Assembly (NCBI GenBank): GCA_038844785.1
Contig: JAWBRA010000005.1
Location: 1-64,000 of the forward strand
DNA length: 64,000 bases
Origin: Candidatus Caldarchaeum sp.
Lineage (GTDB): Archaea > Thermoproteota > Nitrososphaeria_A > Caldarchaeales > Caldarchaeaceae
Direction of reading: 5' to 3'
The notes under the pieces were generated by a model that was given only the letters and a program-made list of their open reading frames with translations, had not been told where the DNA came from and made no database searches. Shown here in pieces: positions 10,580-20,921 of the stretch (its first letter is position 1; every line of letters starts with the position of its first letter). The position numbers and the translations under genes are program-made.

Positions 10580-11212
10580 ATGCCGCGTCTGATGGACATA
10601 GGGCTTGAAAGGCTTGTCCACATGCTTAACGACATGGCTTCTCTGAGCATGAAAGCCGTCGAGCTGGCTGTCCAGAGCTTCATAAAAGAAGTCAACATGC
10701 AGGAAGAAGTTTTCCAGCTTTCGGAAAAGCTTCGATGGCTTCAGGACGAGGTTTCTGACCTAGCGGTTGAGCTCATAGCCCGGTACCAGCCCGTTGCAAG
10801 CGACCTACGTTTTCTACGCTCCGCCATGGAGGTTGCCTACGGGTTTTCAAGGTTCGGCCGGTACGCGTACGACATATCGCAGATTATACCAACGTTCGGG
10901 GAGTTAAGTGATTGTGAGAAGAACCATGTTGCCGAAGTTAGCCAGGTTGTGAAGGAGATGCTGGAGATAAGCATCAAGAGCTTCATCGAGAAAAAGGTTG
11001 ATTTGGTGGAAAAGCTTGAACAGCTCGACTCCCTGATTGACAAGGCTTACAGAGACCATGTCGAGCGGAGCATCTCCCAGCCAGGGTCGAAAAAATGCGA
11101 CATGGCCACCATGCTTATTCTCCGATACCTAGAAAGAATAGCCGACCACGCCACCTACATAGGAGACTCTGTTGAATACATAGTGGAAGGTGTTAGAAGG
11201 CCGAGGAAGTAG
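10580..11212 (+). CDS. phoU: phosphate signalling protein PhoU
   Basis: IARYQPVASDLR, LERIADHA; follows pstB; start at ATG 10580. Confidence 0.9.
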   Translation: MPRLMDIGLERLVHMLNDMASLSMKAVELAVQSFIKEVNMQEEVFQLSEKLRWLQDEVSDLAVELIARYQPVASDLRFLRSAMEVAYGFSRFGRYAYDISQIIPTFGELSDCEKNHVAEVSQVVKEMLEISIKSFIEKKVDLVEKLEQLDSLIDKAYRDHVERSISQPGSKKCDMATMLILRYLERIADHATYIGDSVEYIVEGVRRPRK

Positions 11213-11217
11213 CTATT

Positions 11218-11601
11218 ATGCCTCCGAAGAAGGTGGTCATCGAAAAACAGTGTGCCGGCCTTCTCCTCGCCATGGCCAGGGAGGTTCATCCCAACGAGGT
11301 TATAGCGCTTCTCCACGGCAGTGTTGAAAAGGATGTCATAAGGGTAAGGGAGGTGTATTTAGCTCCTCAGTCGATATACGGCGAAGGCTTCTCCTCTTTC
11401 AACCCATACGCTCTGCCGATAGACCTATCCTATGTCGGGATAGCGCATTCTCATCCTTCTGGTGCAGGAGAACCATCTCTCGAAGACCTTCACAACTTCA
11501 CTGGAAGAATAATGTTAATACTGACAGCTCCTTACAAAGACTCGAGAGACATACATGTCTTTGACGCTGAGGGCAGAAGAATCGCCTTTGAGATAGTCTA
11601 A
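11218..11601 (+). CDS. JAMM/MPN+ metalloisopeptidase
   Basis: N-terminal PNE and HSHPSGAGEPSLED (H-x-H-x7-S-x2-D). Confidence 0.85.
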   Translation: MPPKKVVIEKQCAGLLLAMAREVHPNEVIALLHGSVEKDVIRVREVYLAPQSIYGEGFSSFNPYALPIDLSYVGIAHSHPSGAGEPSLEDLHNFTGRIMLILTAPYKDSRDIHVFDAEGRRIAFEIV

Positions 11602-12278
11602 CGTGTTAACGCTGAGCACATTTCTCTCAAAAGCTTTTCCGGATTGCTGCTTTTCACGTAGGCGCTTGAAAGCAGCACTCCCTCCACGCCGAGCATAACA
11701 GCCTTTTTTACATCCTCCGCCGTTGAAACACCTGCTCCGCACAGCACGATGACGTCTGGGCTGACAGACCTAACCTTCTCAACAGCCTCGGAGACAACCT
11801 CAGGCTTCACCTGCGACACGGACATTCCAGTGCCTATTAGCTCCGGAGGCTCCACAGCCACCGCATCCGGTTTCATCGACGCTGCTGCAACAGCGGCTGC
11901 AACGTCATCCGCACAAACCACGGACAGCATGTCATTCTGTCTAAGTCTCGCCACGGACAACGCAAGGTCGGAGAGCTTCATCCTTCTCTCGGAGTGGTTG
12001 AGCAGAGACCCGGCCACGCCAATAGTCTTCAAGGCCTCCGCAACTATCGAGCCTGTGAATGGCCCTGGTTGATAGGGGTCGCAGTGCTGGGCTAGGACAG
12101 GGATTGAAACATTCTTCACGACTTTCTCTAGTTCCGTGTAGGTCGGGCATACGGCCAGCTGAACACCTGTCTCAGACGAGACTTTGTCGGCGATCTTCGC
12201 CAGTTCAAGCCCTTGACTCCCCAAGGCCTCCTTGAAGGATTTGAAATTCAGGATGATGATGGGTGTCTTGAATCTCAT
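11598..12278 (-). CDS. tpiA: triosephosphate isomerase (archaeal type)
   Basis: LNFK, NHSERR, VEPPELIG, CGAGV. Confidence 0.95.
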   Translation of the reverse strand: MRFKTPIIILNFKSFKEALGSQGLELAKIADKVSSETGVQLAVCPTYTELEKVVKNVSIPVLAQHCDPYQPGPFTGSIVAEALKTIGVAGSLLNHSERRMKLSDLALSVARLRQNDMLSVVCADDVAAAVAAASMKPDAVAVEPPELIGTGMSVSQVKPEVVSEAVEKVRSVSPDVIVLCGAGVSTAEDVKKAVMLGVEGVLLSSAYVKSSNPEKLLREMCSALTR

Positions 12279-12351
12279 GTAACGTGTCAGCTATGCCATG
12301 TTTTAAACGATATCGGTATAAGTAGCGGCTAACAAAACCTAGTGCGAGGAG

Positions 12352-13728
12352 ATGGTAAAGGACGAGGTTATTCCATATCTTGGACACCACACCCCGAAAG
12401 ATATTGCGGAAATGCTTTCGGCGATAGGTGTCAGCGACCCCTTACAACTCTATTCAGACATTCCTTCAAAATACATTTTACAGAAGCCTCCGGACATCGG
12501 GCCTCCTCTCTCAGAGCAGGAGGTCGTTGAGAGGATTAGAAAGATTCTGGAGGAAAACCGTCGTGGCCTGCGGCTTTTCGTCGGGGGAGGCGTTTGGCCC
12601 CATTACATTCCTGCAGCTGTCAAAGAAATTGTCTCGAGGACGGAGTTTTTGACGAGCTACACGCCATACCAGCCAGAGGCATCACAGGGCATGTTAACCG
12701 CTCTCTTCGAATTTCAAAGCCTGGCTGCAGAGCTTTACGGAGTGGACGTAGTCAACTCCTCGATGTACGATTGGGCGACGGCTTTGGGAGAAGCTTTCCG
12801 AATGGCTTACAAGTATACCGGGAAAAGAAAGGTTATAGCAGCTGGTTTCTGCAGCCCAGACCGTTTGAAAGTCGCACAGACATACATTAAGCCCTTAGGG
12901 ATGGAGGTTGTGAAAGCACCGATGGACCGTAAGGCGATGATTGACGAAGAGTTCCTCAAATCAAACATAGACGGCGACACCGCTGCAGTCTACGTGGAAA
13001 ACCCATGCTTTCTTGGCGCGGTTGTACGCAACGTGAAAGCAGCTGCAGAGATATCCCACGACTCAGGAGCGCTTTACATCGTGGGAGCTGAGCCCACATC
13101 ACTAGGCCTATTGACGCCACCCGGCTCATACGGAGCAGACATCGTGGTAGGGGAGGGCCAGCCTCTGGGTCTGCCCATGAGCTTCGGAGGCCCCTTGCTA
13201 GGTATTTTGGGATGCGTTTTCGACAGAAAGCTTCTCCACACGATGCCCGGCCGGCTTGTTGGGATGACCGAAACTTTGAAGGACAGGAAGCGGGCTTTCA
13301 CCATGGTGCTGAGGGCTAGAGAGCAGGACATAAAAAGGGAGAAAGCTACGTCAAACATATGCACCAACCAAGCTTTGTGTGCCGTCGCAGCAGCGGCATA
13401 CCTTTCGCTTCTCGGGAAAAACGGACTTAAACGTCTCGCCAGACACATATTCGACAAGACAGCCTACTTTATAGACCGGCTGTCCACCGTTGAAAACCTT
13501 AAAACACCTTTGTTAGAAGCGCCTCATTACATGGAGTTCAGCTACAGCGTCTCAAACATCGACCACGGGCTTATACTGAAGAAGCTTTTAGAGAAAAACA
13601 TCGTCGGCGGGTTAAGACTGTTCGACATGTTTCCTAGCATAGGAGACGGCGTACTAACGTGTGTTACCGAGATCCACAGCAAAAAAGATATCGACGAATA
13701 CGTAAGCTATGTAAGGGAGGCGGTTTGA
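12352..13728 (+). CDS. gcvPA: glycine dehydrogenase (decarboxylating) subunit 1
   Basis: TSYTPYQPEASQG, GADIVVGEGQ, REQDIKREKATSNICTNQAL. Confidence 0.95.
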   Translation: MVKDEVIPYLGHHTPKDIAEMLSAIGVSDPLQLYSDIPSKYILQKPPDIGPPLSEQEVVERIRKILEENRRGLRLFVGGGVWPHYIPAAVKEIVSRTEFLTSYTPYQPEASQGMLTALFEFQSLAAELYGVDVVNSSMYDWATALGEAFRMAYKYTGKRKVIAAGFCSPDRLKVAQTYIKPLGMEVVKAPMDRKAMIDEEFLKSNIDGDTAAVYVENPCFLGAVVRNVKAAAEISHDSGALYIVGAEPTSLGLLTPPGSYGADIVVGEGQPLGLPMSFGGPLLGILGCVFDRKLLHTMPGRLVGMTETLKDRKRAFTMVLRAREQDIKREKATSNICTNQALCAVAAAAYLSLLGKNGLKRLARHIFDKTAYFIDRLSTVENLKTPLLEAPHYMEFSYSVSNIDHGLILKKLLEKNIVGGLRLFDMFPSIGDGVLTCVTEIHSKKDIDEYVSYVREAV

Positions 13729-15245
13729 TGTTTAGACAGGCTTCATGGGATGAAAAGCTAGTTTACGAGATTTCCAAGCATGGCGTTCAAGGGTTCAGCC
13801 CTCCACACACAGAGGACGAAATCCAGCAGGCGGGCAACAAGATGATTGAAAACCTGCCGAAAGAGCTGTTGAGAGAAGACCTCCCGCTGCCTGAGCTCTC
13901 GGAGCCGCAGGTTGTGAGACACTTCACCAGGCTCAGCCAGATGAACTTCAGCATCTCAACATCATTCTACCCTTTGGGTAGCTGCACGATGAAGTACAAC
14001 CCAGCCGTAAACAACCAATTAGCATGGTTAGAGGAGGTTGTGAACGCGCATCCGCTGCAGCCTCCGGAAACCGTTCAGGGATGTTTAGAGCTGCTTTACA
14101 ACCTTGAAGCCGCTCTCAAGGAGATTACGGGTATGGATGCTTTCTGCCTAGCTCCTGCCGCAGGCGCCCACGGAGAACTTGTCGGCTGCCTCATAATGAG
14201 AGCCTACCACATGGATAGGGAGGGGAGGCCGAGGAAGAAGATAATAGTGCCTGATTCGGCGCATGGGACGAACCCTGCAAGCGCAGGCATGGCCGGTTTC
14301 GAAGTTGAGGTTGTAAAAACAAGGAGCGATGGATGTCTAGATCTCGACACCTTCGAAAAGATGGTTGACGGCGATGTCGCGGGGATAATGCTTACAAACC
14401 CCAACACATTAGGCCTTTTTGAAAAAGACATCGAAACCATTGTGAAGATAATGCATTCAAACGACTCGCTTCTCTACTATGACGGGGCAAACCTTAACGC
14501 GATAATGGGAGTGGTCAGGCCTGGAGACATGGGGTTTGACATCATACATCTAAACCTCCATAAAACGTTCTCAACCCCCCACGGCGGCGGGGGACCGGGA
14601 GCCGGGCCAGTGGGCGTTGTGGCCAAACTCTCCAAATATTTACCGCCTCCACGGATAGTCAGGAATAGAAACGGCGCGTTCGAGCTTGTTGCCGACGTGG
14701 AGAACGGGGTTGGTCCTGTCAAAATGTTTTACGGAAATTTCGGCGTACTTGTCAGAGCATACGCCTACATACTGTCGATGGGGGGTGAGGGTTTGAGGAG
14801 GGCGGCAGTTACCTCGGTAATCGCCTCAAACTACATGCTGTCAAAGATATCCAAGCTGCGTGGGGTCAGCATACCATACGACCCTGCAAGACCCCGAAAA
14901 CACGAGTTTGTCATAAGCTTGTCAAGACTCAGGAAGGAAACAGGCCTAGGAGCTTTAGAAGTTGCCAAACGTCTTCTAGACTACGGCTTCCACGCGCCAA
15001 CAATATACTTCCCCCTCATCGTTGAAGAGGCTTTCATGGTTGAGCCCACTGAGACCGAGGCTAAGGAAACGCTCGACAGCTACGTCGAGGCTTTTGCGAA
15101 AGTCATCGAAGAATGCTACAGCAGCCCGGAAGTTGTCAGGACAGCACCCCACAACACGTCTGTTGGAAGAGTGAATGAAGCGAAAGCTTCACATCCGTTA
15201 TCCCTAACGCCGACTTGGAAAACGCTGCGGAGGAGGCGAGAGTGA
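13728..15245 (+). CDS. gcvPB: glycine dehydrogenase (decarboxylating) subunit 2
   Basis: PLGSCTMKYNP, PDSAHGTNPAS, HLNLHKTFSTPHGGGGPG; TGATG coupling to gcvPA. Confidence 0.96.
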   Translation: MFRQASWDEKLVYEISKHGVQGFSPPHTEDEIQQAGNKMIENLPKELLREDLPLPELSEPQVVRHFTRLSQMNFSISTSFYPLGSCTMKYNPAVNNQLAWLEEVVNAHPLQPPETVQGCLELLYNLEAALKEITGMDAFCLAPAAGAHGELVGCLIMRAYHMDREGRPRKKIIVPDSAHGTNPASAGMAGFEVEVVKTRSDGCLDLDTFEKMVDGDVAGIMLTNPNTLGLFEKDIETIVKIMHSNDSLLYYDGANLNAIMGVVRPGDMGFDIIHLNLHKTFSTPHGGGGPGAGPVGVVAKLSKYLPPPRIVRNRNGAFELVADVENGVGPVKMFYGNFGVLVRAYAYILSMGGEGLRRAAVTSVIASNYMLSKISKLRGVSIPYDPARPRKHEFVISLSRLRKETGLGALEVAKRLLDYGFHAPTIYFPLIVEEAFMVEPTETEAKETLDSYVEAFAKVIEECYSSPEVVRTAPHNTSVGRVNEAKASHPLSLTPTWKTLRRRRE

Positions 15246-16333
15246 AAGAGATACCGCTTCTAAAACACCACCTGTCGTCTCCTAAAGTTGAAGCGGGAGA
15301 GTTCGCCGGATGGAAGACCATCATATCTTTCACGACGGTTAGGGAAGAGCATAGAGCTGTTAGGGAAAAAGCCGGTATCTTCGACATAAGTCACATGACA
15401 CGTGTCAAGTTGTCTGGACCGGGTGCGACATCATTACTTCAGAAGGTCGTGACAGCAGACGTTGATAAGCTCAAACCCGGGAGAATGAAGTACGCTTTAA
15501 TCCTGAACGAACAGGCTGGAATAATCGACGACGTCACAGTCTTCAAGGTTTCGGAGAACAGCTATGTGATGGTCTCAAACGCAGTCACAAGGACTAGGGT
15601 CTTGGAATGGCTTAGTGAAAACGCTGGAGAAAACGTACATGTCGAGGACTTCACCGACTCCTCTGCGTTTTTCGCAGTCCAGGGCCCTAAAGCTGTTGAA
15701 TTTGTCTCCAAGTTTTTCGGTAAAGATTTCACCCCGTTTAAATGGTTCAGCGGCGAGTTTGCAACGGTCGACGGCTGCCAGATTCTCGTGACGCGAAGCG
15801 GCTACACAGGCGGCGACGGGTTTGAGCTAATCATACCGTGCGGCGGCCCATCCTTCTACGGAAGGGTCTGGGACAGGTTTGTTGAGGAAGGGGTTCAGCC
15901 GTGCGGCCTTGCATGCAGAGATATCTGCAGGATCGAAGCAGGATATCTCCTCTCTGGACAGGACTTCGACGAGTCTAAGTCGCCTCTAGAGACGAAGCTT
16001 ATGTGGGCAGTCAACTTAGAAAAGCCCGGGTTCATAGGCAAGCAAGCCCTCGAGAATAAGCTGATAGCCAAGCTGGAAAAAGTGGTTACGCTTCTTGAGA
16101 TGGTTGAGCCCGGTGTTCCAAGACATGGATACCCGTTGGTGGATGAAAGCGGGAGAAAAGTTGGCGAAGTAACCAGCGGCGGGGTCATACCTTCGACGGG
16201 TAAGGCGGCGGCGATAGGATACGTCGTGCCAGAGCTCTCCCAAGAAGGGTGTGAGGTTTTCGTAGACATAAGAGGGAAGATTAGAAAGGCTAGGGTGAGA
16301 ACAAGGCCATTCATAACGTTTACAAAACCTTAG
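15242..16333 (+). CDS. gcvT: glycine cleavage aminomethyltransferase T
   Basis: GIFDISHM, GIIDD, AVQGP, RSGYTGGDGFE, RIEAG; GTG start overlaps the gcvPB stop. Confidence 0.94.
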   Translation: MKEIPLLKHHLSSPKVEAGEFAGWKTIISFTTVREEHRAVREKAGIFDISHMTRVKLSGPGATSLLQKVVTADVDKLKPGRMKYALILNEQAGIIDDVTVFKVSENSYVMVSNAVTRTRVLEWLSENAGENVHVEDFTDSSAFFAVQGPKAVEFVSKFFGKDFTPFKWFSGEFATVDGCQILVTRSGYTGGDGFELIIPCGGPSFYGRVWDRFVEEGVQPCGLACRDICRIEAGYLLSGQDFDESKSPLETKLMWAVNLEKPGFIGKQALENKLIAKLEKVVTLLEMVEPGVPRHGYPLVDESGRKVGEVTSGGVIPSTGKAAAIGYVVPELSQEGCEVFVDIRGKIRKARVRTRPFITFTKP

Positions 16334-17117
16334 CGAACCTGCTGAGCTGTTCTCTGCATAAATCCAGCGGATAACCCACCAGAACATCTACACCGCTTTC
16401 ACTCATGCGGCTAACTTTTTGACGAATTTTATGAAGACCGCCTGTCATGCTGAATGCTTCGACTGCATCCCAGAATCCCATCGAGACCCTACGTCTGGAA
16501 ACGTATGCTTGCAGCTTTTCCTTAACCTCTCCGTCCATAGTTTCAGCTATGTGGAAAGGAGCGTAAACACCTTTCTGGACACCGTCACCTTGATACAGCT
16601 TCAACTCTTGGTAAAGGTTGGGGTTCATCAGCACTAACGGCGTGGCCCGGTAGAGTTTAGATGCTTTTGCAGCGGTTTTGACAAGGTTTTCAGAGCCAAC
16701 CATGAGCGGTAGCTCGCCGGCAACAGCTCGGAAGTCGGCGGAAGCTTCCAGTATTGGCTTTCCAGGCTTAACCCTCAGCCCGTCCTCGTTCAAGTAAGCT
16801 GGGTTTCCGGCAACCAAGCATACCCCGCCAACCCCATGCTGTGAAACCACTTCAAGAAACTCCTTAAACCTGTCGGCGAAATCACCTCTCCTGACGGGAA
16901 TTGTCAAGATGGGCATGCAGTGGAACAGCTCTCGACACCATCGGAGAATCATGTCGTAATCGCTTATCGACAGATCATCCACCGACTTTTCAGAATCTAA
17001 CACGAGATATGAATAGCCCAGGTTGTCCAGCGTTTTGAGAAGATGGAATAGCTTCTCCAGCTTACGTTCATTCAGGATGGAGGGCTTAACAGCCGCGCCC
17101 AGCTGGAAGACATCCAC
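16320..17117 (-). CDS. hypothetical TIM-barrel protein, weak luciferase-like (LLM/Mer) resemblance
   Basis: long ORF; LDNLGYSYLVL near N-terminus and G.LHKIRQKVSRMSESGVDVLV near C-terminus resemble LLM-family ends; start uncertain. Confidence 0.4.
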   Translation of the reverse strand: MDVFQLGAAVKPSILNERKLEKLFHLLKTLDNLGYSYLVLDSEKSVDDLSISDYDMILRWCRELFHCMPILTIPVRRGDFADRFKEFLEVVSQHGVGGVCLVAGNPAYLNEDGLRVKPGKPILEASADFRAVAGELPLMVGSENLVKTAAKASKLYRATPLVLMNPNLYQELKLYQGDGVQKGVYAPFHIAETMDGEVKEKLQAYVSRRRVSMGFWDAVEAFSMTGGLHKIRQKVSRMSESGVDVLVGYPLDLCREQLSRFAKVL

Positions 17118-17228
17118 CCTTCTGGAAAACGTCCACCTCCTGCCACCGCCGACACCTTGGCGGAACCGTGTCTGCAACAATATATAAGCATTAATTAACT
17201 CGTTGGACATAAATAAACGGACTAGACA

Positions 17229-18587
17229 TTGCGGGAGGAAGATCTCGAGAGAGCCATTTTGGAGGCCAACAACGCGCTCACCAAGGATGAACTGGAGAGA
17301 ATGGTTCAAGCCAAGCTGAAGACCTCACCCTTTCTCACACGGCTTGGAGCCCTCCTTATCATCCTTGAGGAGCAGAGACTTGCCGCCGAATTTCTTAAAC
17401 AAAGGGATTATGGCTTCACGAAAATCTCAAGCTTAACCACAGGCATTCAGAGCGTCAGCGTGGTTGGAAGGACGTTGGGTTCGAGGATTGTTGTAGGCGT
17501 GGATGGGAAGCCTTCCTTAAGGCTGAGGCTCTGGGATGGAACAGCCGCGATCGACGTAATTGTCTGGGAGAACTTCGACAGACTCACACCGCTCCAGCTG
17601 GGCGATGTGGTGGCTGTACGTAACGGATATGTTTCCTCATCACGGCCCGGTCAGGAAATCCTCCTACAAGCTGGTTCAAAGTCGAGGGTGGAAAAAATGA
17701 GCAAATACGAGGGTCTGCCACCAGTCGATAAAGCGTTGTTTAAGCTCCCGAACGAGTCTCGAGACAAGGCTGGGAAGAGGGATGTCTACGCTGTAGTGGT
17801 TCTCAACACGGGTGTTAAGAAGACGAGTAACGGCACCGATGTATGCGAGCTTGTTGTAACCGACGGAGACAGGGAGTCTTTGCTCATAGCTTGGAGGGAG
17901 TGGGCTAATTATTTCTCAAGCGTTGCTGAGGGACAGAGTTTCTTCGCCGCATCTGTCGAGGTGAAGAACGGCGAGCTTTTCACAGCCAAAAGCACCATCA
18001 TCACATTGGCAGGGAAGGATGATGATCTGCTGTCAAAAGCGTGGCAACGAGGTCAGACAGGCCTTCGTGTCAAGGTTTTGGGATTTGGTTTTGACGGGCT
18101 TCCCGCAGTAACCGACGGAGTCAAAGTAATGAAAATGGCTTCGCCTGCCGTTGCTGACGCTGGAGAATGCACTGTTGTCGAAAAAGCCTTCGTCATCTAT
18201 CGACGTGGCATACCCTACGTCTACGGAACAAAATCAACCCCAGCAGTATGCAGCATCGAAACACCGGAGCTCAAAAGATCAATAGAAGAGGTCCAGGGAA
18301 GGCTGGCGGAAGGTGTTATAGAATGCGTGATAGCTAGAAAAACGCCTGTAAGCGTTGTGAACACTAAATACGGACAGAAAAAGCTAACAGGCTTCTGGGT
18401 TAGCTTTGGGGGAAAGACCATCAGCTGCACAGCGTGGGGTAAGGCATCGGAACTCATAGAAAACCTAGCTGAGGGGGCAAACGTCAGATTCGCCTTCCCG
18501 AAGGTGGGGAAAAACAAGTTCGGCGACATCGAGCTTTCTGTTGACGAACTTTCCTTCATCGAAGTGTGTGAAAAACAAGTTAAATAG
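17229..18587 (+). CDS. multi-OB-fold single-stranded DNA-binding protein (RPA-like)
   Basis: KISSL..G...VSVVGR, L.DGTAAIDVIVW and repeated OB signatures (..TAWG, ELSV). Confidence 0.72.
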   Translation: MREEDLERAILEANNALTKDELERMVQAKLKTSPFLTRLGALLIILEEQRLAAEFLKQRDYGFTKISSLTTGIQSVSVVGRTLGSRIVVGVDGKPSLRLRLWDGTAAIDVIVWENFDRLTPLQLGDVVAVRNGYVSSSRPGQEILLQAGSKSRVEKMSKYEGLPPVDKALFKLPNESRDKAGKRDVYAVVVLNTGVKKTSNGTDVCELVVTDGDRESLLIAWREWANYFSSVAEGQSFFAASVEVKNGELFTAKSTIITLAGKDDDLLSKAWQRGQTGLRVKVLGFGFDGLPAVTDGVKVMKMASPAVADAGECTVVEKAFVIYRRGIPYVYGTKSTPAVCSIETPELKRSIEEVQGRLAEGVIECVIARKTPVSVVNTKYGQKKLTGFWVSFGGKTISCTAWGKASELIENLAEGANVRFAFPKVGKNKFGDIELSVDELSFIEVCEKQVK

Positions 18588-18619
18588 AGAACCTTTGTCA
18601 GCTCTTCCGGGACATCACA

Positions 18620-19852
18620 ATGCTGATAATCTGCCTCGTGAAGGGTGTTCCCGCCAGAACCACTCAAGTGGTAACAGTCTCGGGCGTGCTTAAGCGGGAG
18701 GAGATGGACCTTGTTCTAAACCCGCATGACGTAAAAGCAATTGAAGCCGCGTACTATGTCAAGAGGATGGTGGGTGGAAAAATCGTCGGCATAAGCATGG
18801 GTCCCGAGCCTAAGATAATGCCCATTATGAACGACTTGGCTGAGCCTAAGGAGGAGAGTTTTTACGTTCCAAGGATTTCGTTCGAAGGTTTTGACGAAAG
18901 AATCATTCTCAGCGACAGGCGGATGGCTGGGGCTGATACATGGGCCACGTCATACACGCTGGCATGCGGGATAAGCCGTTACATCCAAAACCATGTTGAA
19001 GCGGTTGACAAGCTTATAGAGGCTGTGAAAAACTCTAGCCCGGAAGAGGCTGCATCATTGGCGGAGAAGCTTTACATGGAAAACTTGTTGCCCAACTACA
19101 TCTACTCAAAGCTACCGACTGTCAGGGCTACCTTGGTTGAAAGGTTCTTAAAAGGCGAGGTTGGCAAGGAGGCGGTTATCTCCGAGCTTCAAAAACACAG
19201 ACAGAACATCACCAACTTCATAATTCTTACAGGCATGAAGACCAGCGACGGGGAAACAGGCAACACAGGTCCTCAGACAGCTGAAGCGTTGAGCGGCATG
19301 ATGGGTAGGCTGATACCCAGCATAGCTTTCGTCAGAGAGTTTGAGATATCACCCGACGCCACCACCATCGTAGCCGTCAGAAAAATCGGCAAGACTCTCC
19401 AAAAACTGCGTGTTTCGCCTCCATGCCTTCTTACGATAGACAGCCATTACGAGCCGAAAGTTCCTTACGCCTCTCTTCAAAGGAAAGTGAGGGCAAACAA
19501 CTACATGGGCAAAATGAGAAAAACCCTTGTCTGGAACGCTGACCATATAGGAGCGGACCCAAACAAAATCGGCTTCATGGGCTCGCCAACCATCGTCGGA
19601 CCCGGATACGAAATAGGGAAACCGCCTTCTCAAAAGTTTGTAGGCGAAACGCTTGTCTTTAAACAGAACGTCGGCAAAATAGAATGGAATGGGAAAGCTT
19701 ACGGGCCTTTCAACAAAGGTGACATGGCATCAAACCTTCCCGAAGATCTTTTGAGAAAGCTTAGAGAGGACGGTGTTATTGACTTCTTCAGCCTTGAAGA
19801 CTTGGTTGAAGAAATTTTCGGAGGGATCAAGGTTGTCCACAGAGCTGTATAA
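18620..19852 (+). CDS. etfB: electron transfer flavoprotein beta subunit (FixA-like), with insertion
   Basis: CLVKGVP, LNPHD, SMGP, LSDRRMAGADTWATS, GMKTSDGETGNTGP, GSPT. Confidence 0.88.
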   Translation: MLIICLVKGVPARTTQVVTVSGVLKREEMDLVLNPHDVKAIEAAYYVKRMVGGKIVGISMGPEPKIMPIMNDLAEPKEESFYVPRISFEGFDERIILSDRRMAGADTWATSYTLACGISRYIQNHVEAVDKLIEAVKNSSPEEAASLAEKLYMENLLPNYIYSKLPTVRATLVERFLKGEVGKEAVISELQKHRQNITNFIILTGMKTSDGETGNTGPQTAEALSGMMGRLIPSIAFVREFEISPDATTIVAVRKIGKTLQKLRVSPPCLLTIDSHYEPKVPYASLQRKVRANNYMGKMRKTLVWNADHIGADPNKIGFMGSPTIVGPGYEIGKPPSQKFVGETLVFKQNVGKIEWNGKAYGPFNKGDMASNLPEDLLRKLREDGVIDFFSLEDLVEEIFGGIKVVHRAV

Positions 19853-20921
19853 AGACGTATGGGCTTACTGTGTAAAAGAAGGAAACCATCTTACAAGGCC
19901 AAGCCTCGAGATACTTGCCGCAGCCCGTAAGGTCGCTGACAAGATAGGACAACAAGTTGCCGCCGTCATCATAGGCCATAACTTAGACGGTGTCCTGGAT
20001 GAGGCGATAGCGTTCGGAGCTGATAAAGTATTGTACGCCGATGAACCCTGGCTTAAAAACTATCTCTGCCTTCCGTACACGCGTGTGTTGTGCGAGATGG
20101 CTGAGAAGATGAAGCCTTACGCGATTCTTTTCGTAGCGGATGAGCTGGGTAGAGATCTTTCACCGCGCGTGGCTTACAGGCTTAACACCGGCCTTGCGAC
20201 AGACAACATAAACCTCGAAGTCGAGGACTATTATTTCGGCCCCACCAACACGACTTACAAAAACGTCCTAGCCCAGATAAGGCCTGACTTCGCTACGAGA
20301 GTAGCTAAAATATTCACGCCGAGACATAGGCCCCAGATAGCCAGCATAAGGCCTGGAAACTTCGAACCACTGCCCGAAGACCGTAGGAGGGTTGGTGAAA
20401 AAATCAGGTTTTACCCGACGCCTGTTCCAGAAGATTTCTCCGTCGAGGTCATTGAAGAGAGAGAGCTTCCTAAGCCCAGTGTCAACCTTGAGGAGGCCAA
20501 GGTTGTGGTCAGCATTGGGTTGGGAATACTTAAGGACGGTAGCGGAAACCCACGCAACCCACGGGAGGGTTTCATGCTGGCTAAGAAGCTTGTGGACTTG
20601 GTCAGGGAGAAGTTTGGTGTCCCGAGCGAGCTTGGAGCCACACGGGCGCTCATATACTCAGAGCTTAAAGAGCTTGAAGGCCTTGTTACGTCTGAAAGAC
20701 AGGTTGGACAGACAGGTAAGACCGTGTCACCCGACGTCTACATAGCTGCAGGCATAAGCGGCTCAGTCCAGCACAGAGTCGGAATGATCAAGTCGAAGAA
20801 AATAGTGGCTATAAACAACGACCCTAAAGCACCAATCTTCGAGATAGCCCACTATGGGGTGAAAGCAGACCTTTACGAGGCCCTGCCTAAAATCCTTGAA
20901 ATCATCGAGAGGAGGTACTAA
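19833..20921 (+). CDS. etfA: electron transfer flavoprotein alpha subunit (FixB-like)
   Basis: GRDLSPRVA..L.TGL..D, QVGQTGKTVSP, GISGSVQHRVGM, INNDPKAPIF. Confidence 0.92.
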   Translation: MSTELYKDVWAYCVKEGNHLTRPSLEILAAARKVADKIGQQVAAVIIGHNLDGVLDEAIAFGADKVLYADEPWLKNYLCLPYTRVLCEMAEKMKPYAILFVADELGRDLSPRVAYRLNTGLATDNINLEVEDYYFGPTNTTYKNVLAQIRPDFATRVAKIFTPRHRPQIASIRPGNFEPLPEDRRRVGEKIRFYPTPVPEDFSVEVIEERELPKPSVNLEEAKVVVSIGLGILKDGSGNPRNPREGFMLAKKLVDLVREKFGVPSELGATRALIYSELKELEGLVTSERQVGQTGKTVSPDVYIAAGISGSVQHRVGMIKSKKIVAINNDPKAPIFEIAHYGVKADLYEALPKILEIIERRY

